Positions 33,673 to 39,345 of a stretch of DNA of 39,345 nucleotides are shown one piece after another. Below the pieces are notes generated by a model. It was given only the letters and a program-made list of their open reading frames with translations, ran no database searches and was not told where the DNA came from. Where the stretch lies: NCBI GenBank assembly GCA_017466495.1, contig JAFTUB010000122.1, forward strand, positions 1 to 39,345. Reading direction: 5' to 3'. The position numbers and the translations under genes were made by a program. The stretch comes from Clostridia bacterium (GTDB taxonomy: Bacteria > Bacillota > Clostridia > Oscillospirales > CAG-272). Position 1 is the first letter of the stretch. Each line of letters starts with the position of its first letter.

Positions 33673-35492
33673 AAAAACGCAACGAAACCAAGCACGTCTC
33701 CCTGCGCTGGTTCGGCCTGCCGCGGGTATTCCCTTATCTGAGGGCCTACCGCTTCTGCTACCCCATCATGATCATCATGGCCCTGTGCGGCACGGTGGCC
33801 GATATCTGCTTACCCCTGTTCCAGCGGTATGCGCTTGACCATTTCATCGGCCGGGGTGTGCTGGACACCCTCGGGATTTTCATTCTCTGCTATGTGCTGA
33901 CGCTTTTGTTCCAGCTGACGGTGAACTTTATCTCGACCTACATCGGCAGCTGTGTGGAGATGTGGGTGGGCCGCGATCTGCGGCAGTCGGCCTTCAACCA
34001 TCTGCAGACCCTGTCCTTCTCCTTCTTCAATCAGAACAGCGTGGGCTATCTCCACGCCCGGGTCATGAGCGACACCTCCCGCATCGGCGAGACGGTGTCC
34101 TGGATTGTGCTGGACTGCGTGTGGAACATTTCCTATTTGGTGGGCGCCTGTGTGATCATGCTCTGCCTGAACTGGAAGCTGGCGCTCCCCGTGATGGCCA
34201 TTGTGCCGGTGACGGTGCTGCTCATTGCTTTCTTCCAGAAGAAGCTGACCGCCCTCAACCGTCGCATCCGCGAGCTGAACTCTACCATCACCTCCAACTT
34301 CAACGAGGGCATCACCGGGGCAAAGACCATTAAGTCCTTAGTGGTGGAGGACAAGATCGAGGCCGATTTCCGGGTGGATACCGCGCAGATGAAGCGCACC
34401 TCAGTGCACGCTACCCATTACCGCGCCCTGTTCGGATCCACCATTACCTTCGCTTCGGCGCTGGCACTGGCACTTGTTCTGCGTCAGGGCGGTGCTCTGA
34501 CCATGGAAGGGGCCATTGAGCTGGGCACGCTGTCGGTGTTTATGTCCTACGCCCTTGGGATGATGGAGCCCATTCGCTGGATCGTCAACGCCTTCTCCAA
34601 TCTGGTGGCGGTGCAGGTCAACATTGAGCGTCTGGTGGGGCTGCTGGAAACCGAATCGGATGTAGCCGACTCGGCAGAGGTGGTCGCCCGCTATGGGGAT
34701 ACCTTCAATCCCAAGACCGAGAACTGGGAGGAGCTGGAGGGCGAGATCGTCTTCCGGGATGTGACCTTCCGCTATCCCGACGGGGATGTGGATATTCTCG
34801 AGCATTTTGATCTGACCATTCCCCGGGGCAGCAGTGTTGCCATTGTGGGAGAGACCGGGGCGGGTAAGTCTACGCTGGTGAACCTGGTCTGCCGCTTCTT
34901 TGAACCCACCTCGGGGCAGATTCTCATTGACGGGCGGGATGCCAGGGAGCGTTCCCAGCTGTGGCTGCACCGATCCATCGGTTATGTGCTGCAGACACCG
35001 CATCTCTTCTCGGGGACGGTTCGGGAAAACCTTTGCTACGGCAAGCCCGATGCCACCGACGAGGAGATCATGGCGGCCCTCCGAAGCGTTTCCGCCGATG
35101 CTGTGGTGGAGCGCATGGAGAACGGTCTGGACAGCCAGGTGGGCGAGGGGGGAAGTATGCTTTCCACCGGAGAGAAGCAGCTGCTTTCCTTTGCCCGCGC
35201 GCTGTTGGCCGATCCCCGCATCCTGGTGCTGGACGAGGCCACCGCTTCGGTGGACACCATGACCGAGCAGAAGATCCAGCGCGCCATTGAGCAGATCGTG
35301 TCGGGGCGCACGTCTCTGATGATCGCTCACCGCCTTTCCACCATCCGACGCGCCGACATGATCCTGGTGGTGGACGACGGACGCATTGTAGAGCGGGGCA
35401 CCCACGAGGAGCTGCTGGCTCTGCGGGGGGCTTACTACAACCTCTATACCCGGCAGTACGAGGAAGAAGCATCCAGCAAACGGCTGGGCTGA
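33669..35492 (+). CDS. ABC transporter permease/ATP-binding protein (type I exporter half-transporter, subunit B)
   Basis: ATGA overlap with subunit A. Walker A GETGAGKST, signature LSTGEKQL, Walker B ILVLDEATASVD. Confidence 0.9.
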   Translation: MKKRNETKHVSLRWFGLPRVFPYLRAYRFCYPIMIIMALCGTVADICLPLFQRYALDHFIGRGVLDTLGIFILCYVLTLLFQLTVNFISTYIGSCVEMWVGRDLRQSAFNHLQTLSFSFFNQNSVGYLHARVMSDTSRIGETVSWIVLDCVWNISYLVGACVIMLCLNWKLALPVMAIVPVTVLLIAFFQKKLTALNRRIRELNSTITSNFNEGITGAKTIKSLVVEDKIEADFRVDTAQMKRTSVHATHYRALFGSTITFASALALALVLRQGGALTMEGAIELGTLSVFMSYALGMMEPIRWIVNAFSNLVAVQVNIERLVGLLETESDVADSAEVVARYGDTFNPKTENWEELEGEIVFRDVTFRYPDGDVDILEHFDLTIPRGSSVAIVGETGAGKSTLVNLVCRFFEPTSGQILIDGRDARERSQLWLHRSIGYVLQTPHLFSGTVRENLCYGKPDATDEEIMAALRSVSADAVVERMENGLDSQVGEGGSMLSTGEKQLLSFARALLADPRILVLDEATASVDTMTEQKIQRAIEQIVSGRTSLMIAHRLSTIRRADMILVVDDGRIVERGTHEELLALRGAYYNLYTRQYEEEASSKRLG

Positions 35493-35520
35493 GTTCTTCC
35501 GCGAAAAGACAATAAAAGAA

Positions 35521-35548
35521 GGGCTTCCACGGTGTGGAAGCCCTTTTT
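35521..35548. terminator. Bidirectional terminator
   Basis: gggcttccac GGT gtggaagccc followed by TTTTT, and A-rich upstream for the convergent minus-strand gene. Confidence 0.8.
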
Positions 35549-35557
35549 GCGTGGGGG

Positions 35558-36733
35558 TTAGATCTCGGGGATCTCGATGGCGATCTCGCGGCCCAGCGCG
35601 GCGGATTTTGCGATGCCGTCCAGGATTGCCTGGTTGTACAGGATCTGGTCCGAGGGAACGGGAGCCTTGGTGCCGTTCTTGCAGGCGTCAAGGAAGGAGC
35701 GGATCTTGCGGTCGAAGAGGGAGGGACCCTTGGAGGTGATGATCGGGATCTCGGTGCAGACCTGAGAGCCGGCGATCTCGTGATAGACCTTCATGGGGCC
35801 GCCCACGGTGCCGTTCCAGCACTCGGGGGAGGGGATGCGCAGACCGCCCTTGGTGCCGAGGATGAGGGTGTCCCCTGCGGTGTCCATGTTCATGGCCCAG
35901 GAGATGCGGAAGTCCACGACGATGTCGCCCTCAAGGCGGATAAATGCGGCGGCGAAGTCATCCACGCCGAACTTGGCGGCGTACTCGGGATGGCCGGTCT
36001 TGACATAATTGCAGTAGTTGGGATCGGTGCCGAAGAAGGCGGATTTGTAGCCCGATACCGTGAGAGGCTTGGGATAGCCGATGGCATTGAGCACCATATC
36101 CAGGGAGTAGCAGCCGATGTCGGCCAGGGCGCCCAGGCCTGCGGTTTCATCTTCAATGAAGGTGGTACCGAAGGGGGTGGGAATGCCGCGGCGGCGGCCG
36201 CCGCCGGTCTGGATGTAGTATATCTTACCCAGCTCGCCCGACTCCACGATCTCCTTGATCTTCTGCATATTGGCATCCAGGCGGGGCTGGAAGCCGATGG
36301 AAAGGACCTTGCCGCTGGCACGCTCGGCACGCATGACCTCGATGGCCTCCTCGGTGGTGACGGTAAAGGGCTTTTCCAGGAGGACATTGACTCCCTTGTT
36401 CAGGGCGTAGATGGCGGGGGCGGCGTGCTGACGGTTATAGGTGCAGACGCTGACGGCATCCAGCTGCAGGCTTTCGTCGTCCAGCATTTCCTTGTGGGAG
36501 GCGTAATCGGTCTTCACGCCCTCAACGCCGTGTTTTGCGAAGAACGCGGCGGCCTTGCCGGGGATGAGGTCGGCACCTGCCACGATTTCCACGTCGGGCT
36601 GGTTGAGGTAGGACTTGATATGTGCGTCGGCAATCCATCCGGTGCCGATGATACCGATGCGCATCTTGCGGTTGGTATCAATAACGGTTTTGCGCTGATC
36701 TTCCTTGAAAGCGTCCAGAATGTTGTCTGCCAT
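35558..36733 (-). CDS. Gfo/Idh/MocA family oxidoreductase (inositol/sugar dehydrogenase-like)
   Basis: MRIGIIGTGWIADAH Rossmann motif. Start at 36733 (MADNIL) follows AAAGGAGAA. EKPF motif (LLEKPFTV). Confidence 0.85.
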   Translation of the reverse strand: MADNILDAFKEDQRKTVIDTNRKMRIGIIGTGWIADAHIKSYLNQPDVEIVAGADLIPGKAAAFFAKHGVEGVKTDYASHKEMLDDESLQLDAVSVCTYNRQHAAPAIYALNKGVNVLLEKPFTVTTEEAIEVMRAERASGKVLSIGFQPRLDANMQKIKEIVESGELGKIYYIQTGGGRRRGIPTPFGTTFIEDETAGLGALADIGCYSLDMVLNAIGYPKPLTVSGYKSAFFGTDPNYCNYVKTGHPEYAAKFGVDDFAAAFIRLEGDIVVDFRISWAMNMDTAGDTLILGTKGGLRIPSPECWNGTVGGPMKVYHEIAGSQVCTEIPIITSKGPSLFDRKIRSFLDACKNGTKAPVPSDQILYNQAILDGIAKSAALGREIAIEIPEI

Positions 36734-36765
36734 AATTGTTCTCCTTTTGTGTGATAGATTCAAAT

Positions 36766-37545
36766 TTACCAGTCAAAGCTGCGCAGGTAATTGATGCTCA
36801 TTTCAATGGACTCCAGGGCTGTCTTGCCCATGGAGGGGCGATCCTGCTCCACCACGACCCAGGCAGCGCCTGCATCGCGGGATGCGGCGAGGATGGCGGG
36901 GAAGTCCTGCTTGCCGTAGCCTACGGGGCGGAATGCAAAGGCATCCTCGCTGTCCTTGGGGGCACCGCGGCGGCCGACAAAATCCTTGAGGTGGACGATG
37001 GGGGCGCGGCCGGTGTACTTGCGGACGTAGGCGGCGGGGTCTTCCCCTGCGGCCTTGACCCAGCAGGTGTCGATCTGCGTTTCCACGGCGGGGATGAGGC
37101 GATAGAGCTGATCCAGGCCGTACTCGCCCTCCTCCAGGCGGATAAATTCAAAGTCATGGTTATGATAGAGGAGCTGAATGCCCTGTGCGCGGCATTCCTC
37201 GGCGATCATTTTGATGTCCTCCACGGTGTTCGGCCAGCCTGCCGAGCCGGGGCGGAGATCCTCACCCAGATGGGGGATGGCGATGTAGGGACAGCCGATG
37301 GTGGCGTATTGAGCAACAGTACCCCGGGGATCGTCCTTGAGCAGACCGATGCCGACGTGTGCGGAGATGGGGGTGAGGCCAAGCTCACGGCACCAGCTGC
37401 CGATGAGGGCGGGATCGTGGTCATAGAGTCCTGCGAACTCCACGCCGTCGTAGCCCATGGCTTTGATCTTTTCCAGGGTGCCCCGCAGGTCAGCCTTGGC
37501 ATCGTCGCGGACGGAATAAACTTGTACAGCAATCGGGAGTGCCAT
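36766..37545 (-). CDS. Sugar phosphate isomerase/epimerase (xylose-isomerase-like TIM barrel)
   Basis: MALPIAVQVYSVRD...GYDGVEFAG...YHNHDFEF. Start at 37545 follows GGAGG. Co-oriented with the oxidoreductase. Confidence 0.85.
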   Translation of the reverse strand: MALPIAVQVYSVRDDAKADLRGTLEKIKAMGYDGVEFAGLYDHDPALIGSWCRELGLTPISAHVGIGLLKDDPRGTVAQYATIGCPYIAIPHLGEDLRPGSAGWPNTVEDIKMIAEECRAQGIQLLYHNHDFEFIRLEEGEYGLDQLYRLIPAVETQIDTCWVKAAGEDPAAYVRKYTGRAPIVHLKDFVGRRGAPKDSEDAFAFRPVGYGKQDFPAILAASRDAGAAWVVVEQDRPSMGKTALESIEMSINYLRSFDW

Positions 37546-37600
37546 AATCGGATACCTCCGTAAATTGGATTCGACATAATATGGTGATGTCTGTACTGTT

Positions 37601-37629
37601 ATTATAGGACATTTCTTGATGCATTTCAA
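37601..37629 (-). promoter_or_regulatory. Promoter of the isomerase-oxidoreductase operon
   Basis: Minus strand TTGAAA (37629-37624), 17 nt, TATAAT (37606-37601). Confidence 0.55.
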
Positions 37630-37683
37630 GTCAAAACGCCAAAGTTTTCAGACAAATATTGCTCTATTGGAGGGGGTGGTGAC

Positions 37684-37719
37684 AAAAAGGCTGTGGAGCT
37701 GTGCAACGCACAGCTCCAC
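37684..37719 (-). terminator. Intrinsic terminator after the DUF4097 gene
   Basis: gtggagctgtgc AAC gcacagctccac perfect 12-bp stem, followed on the minus strand by CTTTTTG. Confidence 0.8.
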
Positions 37720-37733
37720 CGCACAAGGAGAGG

Positions 37734-38807
37734 TCACTGCTCTCCGGCAAAGGTGATGTTCAGTTTTCCGTTGAAGGTTTTTGCATTGAGGGAGCGCGAG
37801 GCACCGGCTGTCTGCACAGAACGGACAGCGGTGGATGTGACGGTGCTGATGCCGTAGTCGGCGGCGGTGCCGGGCAGGATGGCGTTGATCCCGGCGTTGA
37901 AGGTGGAGAGGGTCACGTGCTGCACATCGGCGTTCTCCAGGGAGATCTTGCCGTTGGAGGTGGTGAGGGTGACGGTGGGGACAGTAAGATGCTCGGCGAT
38001 AATTTTGCCGTTGGCGGTGGAGGCATCCAGAGAATCGGCGGTGATGTGCTCAGCGGCGAGAGAGCCGTTGGTTGTTTTCAGCTGTATTTCCCCGGCGGTG
38101 AGATGCGCAGCCCGCAGAGACGCGTTGGCGGTCTTGACGGTGAGCTTTTTCGCGGTGATATGTTCCGCCTTGGCAGGGGAATTGCAGGTTTTGACGGTGA
38201 GGTCATCCGCCGTAAGGTTGGCCAAAAGGATGGAGGAATTTTGGGTGTGGAAGAGGGCATCGGCACAGGAAATGTCGGCGGCTCGGATGGGGGCGTTGCT
38301 TGTCTGGATTTCCATGGCGGGAAGATAACCATGGGGGAGATAAAGTCGGGTTGGCTTGCGGTTTTGGATGTGTATGCCGAAAAAGCGCGGGATCTCCCGG
38401 GCCGTATAGGTGAAGCAGTTGGCATCGCAGGACACGGTGACTTCGGTGAAGCGGGTGATGCTGTACTCCACCCACAGGCGGCCGTCGGGGGAGGGAAGGA
38501 TCTCCACGCCGCAATTTTTCTCGGTGAGGCGGATGCGGGGCGGGAGGTGCGCGGCGGTGAAGGTGCGGCGCTCGGTGTGGGAAGCGGTTTCGGGCGCTTC
38601 CTCCTGCGGGGCAGCGGTTTCCGCTTGCAGGGAATCAAAGGCTTCTCTGAAATCCCCCAAAGCGGCCACGGCTTCAGCCTCGGTCATGCCTTCCTCGGTG
38701 AGATCCTCGAACTGCTCGGTGAAGTAGCGGAAAATATCCTCCCGGGTATCTTGGGGAAGGTGGGTAATGGCTTGTTCCAGCTGGGTAAAAAATTCAACTT
38801 TGGTCAT
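37734..38807 (-). CDS. DUF1700 (HAAS-type) N-terminal domain fused to DUF4097 beta-strand repeat protein
   Basis: MTKVEFFTQLEQAITHLPQDTREDIFRYFTEQFED... is the typical PadR-partner N-terminus. The C-terminal half has repeats (TxNGxIxxxxIT/LT...) typical of DUF4097. ATGA overlap with the padR stop. Confidence 0.75.
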   Translation of the reverse strand: MTKVEFFTQLEQAITHLPQDTREDIFRYFTEQFEDLTEEGMTEAEAVAALGDFREAFDSLQAETAAPQEEAPETASHTERRTFTAAHLPPRIRLTEKNCGVEILPSPDGRLWVEYSITRFTEVTVSCDANCFTYTAREIPRFFGIHIQNRKPTRLYLPHGYLPAMEIQTSNAPIRAADISCADALFHTQNSSILLANLTADDLTVKTCNSPAKAEHITAKKLTVKTANASLRAAHLTAGEIQLKTTNGSLAAEHITADSLDASTANGKIIAEHLTVPTVTLTTSNGKISLENADVQHVTLSTFNAGINAILPGTAADYGISTVTSTAVRSVQTAGASRSLNAKTFNGKLNITFAGEQ

Positions 38808-39145
38808 AACGGTAAGCTCCCTTCATTGGCGGTGTTGGGGACGGTACTTTTGATGTAGGCACAGACGGCCATGGCCTGCTCCCATTCGGCGAGAAATTCT
38901 CTTACGCGGGCGCGGCCCGAATCGGTGATGGCGTAATAGCGGCGGAGGCGGTGGTTATGCTCCTCGGTATACACCCGCAGACATCCTGCCGTTTCCAGGC
39001 GGCGGAGAATGGGGTAGAGGGTGGACTCGGTGATGGGAATGCGGGGAGAAACGGCACGGACAATACGGTAGCCGTAGGAATCCCCCTCCTGCAGGACGGC
39101 AAGCACACAGCATTCCAGCAATGCGCGGCGCAGTTGGGCATCCAT
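38804..39145 (-). CDS. PadR family transcriptional regulator
   Basis: LLECCVLAVLQEGDSYGYRIV...STLYPILRRLETAGCL...RRYYAITDSGR. Start at 39145 (MDAQL) follows GGAAGGAG. Confidence 0.88.
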   Translation of the reverse strand: MDAQLRRALLECCVLAVLQEGDSYGYRIVRAVSPRIPITESTLYPILRRLETAGCLRVYTEEHNHRLRRYYAITDSGRARVREFLAEWEQAMAVCAYIKSTVPNTANEGSLPL

Positions 39146-39176
39146 AATCTTGACTCCTTCCTGTTGGTGTGACAAT

Positions 39177-39205
39177 ATTATATCACGCATAGTATTATTT
39201 GTCAA
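39177..39205 (-). promoter_or_regulatory. Consensus promoter of the padR operon with an overlapping imperfect palindrome
   Basis: Minus strand TTGACA (39205-39200), 17 nt, TATAAT (39182-39177). GTGATATAATATTGTCAC spans the -10 and is a possible PadR operator. Confidence 0.65.
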
Positions 39206-39230
39206 GGGGTGTTTGGTATATTTTCAAAAT

Positions 39231-39270
39231 CCAAGAGGGGTGCCGCGTTCATGTGCGGCACCCCTCTTGG
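39231..39270 (-). terminator. Intrinsic terminator of the upstream (window-edge) gene
   Basis: Perfect 16-bp stem ccaagaggggtgccgc/gcggcacccctcttgg, with a T-rich tract after it on the minus strand. Confidence 0.8.
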
Positions 39271-39284
39271 ATTGATAGGATGGC

Positions 39285-39345
39285 TTATTTTTTCCTGCGG
39301 CAGAGCAGAAAGATCCCGCCGGCCAGCAGGAGCAGACCCAGCAGA
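39285..39345 (-). CDS. 3' end of a gene cut by the window edge; C-terminal hydrophobic helix plus basic tail (cell-wall-sorting-signal-like)
   Basis: Minus-strand translation ...LLGLLLLAGGIFLLCRRKK* ending at a TAA (39287-39285). Only 19 codons are visible. Confidence 0.4.
   Translation of the reverse strand, partial: LLGLLLLAGGIFLLCRRKK

Overview
This is a high-GC (about 60% by eye) Firmicutes/Clostridia-like chromosomal segment with about 41 protein genes, one tRNA and one ribozyme. It is mostly housekeeping backbone with a few accessory patches.

Backbone genes:
- rpmG-secE-nusG-rplK-rplA on the minus strand. rpmG (54 aa) is absent from the ORF track and was found by hand translation.
- A YmdB-like phosphoesterase and tRNA-Trp.
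- An amino-sugar block: a stand-alone hexapeptide acyltransferase, glmM, a clear glmS ribozyme and glmS.
- A lipoprotein/MBOAT/DHHW O-acylation operon.
- A heterodimeric ABC exporter and two Gfo/Idh/MocA oxidoreductase loci.
- A LysR regulator divergent from a PlsC-type acyltransferase.
- A PadR/DUF1700/DUF4097 module.

Observations that stand out:
1. A 160-nt non-coding ladder of seven ATC...GAT-closed hairpins joined by GAA and then TTC linkers. It lies directly after tRNA-Trp and heads a 2.5 kb AT-rich islet that encodes a four-helix-bundle (23S-IVS/Avd-type) protein and three unknown proteins. No integrase is present.
2. A translationally coupled operon of a small membrane-anchored protein plus two paralogous MutS-domain-V-only ATPases.
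3. Two disrupted genes: a P-type cation ATPase split by a one-base frame change in a CCCGGG run, and a DUF4317 gene with a single in-frame TAG.
4. An orphan XRE-HTH/TPR (RRNPP-like) regulator.

No CRISPR array, transposase, integrase or rRNA was seen. The many long ORFs antisense to real genes are treated as high-GC shadow ORFs. All family assignments come from motif recognition by eye, not from database searches.
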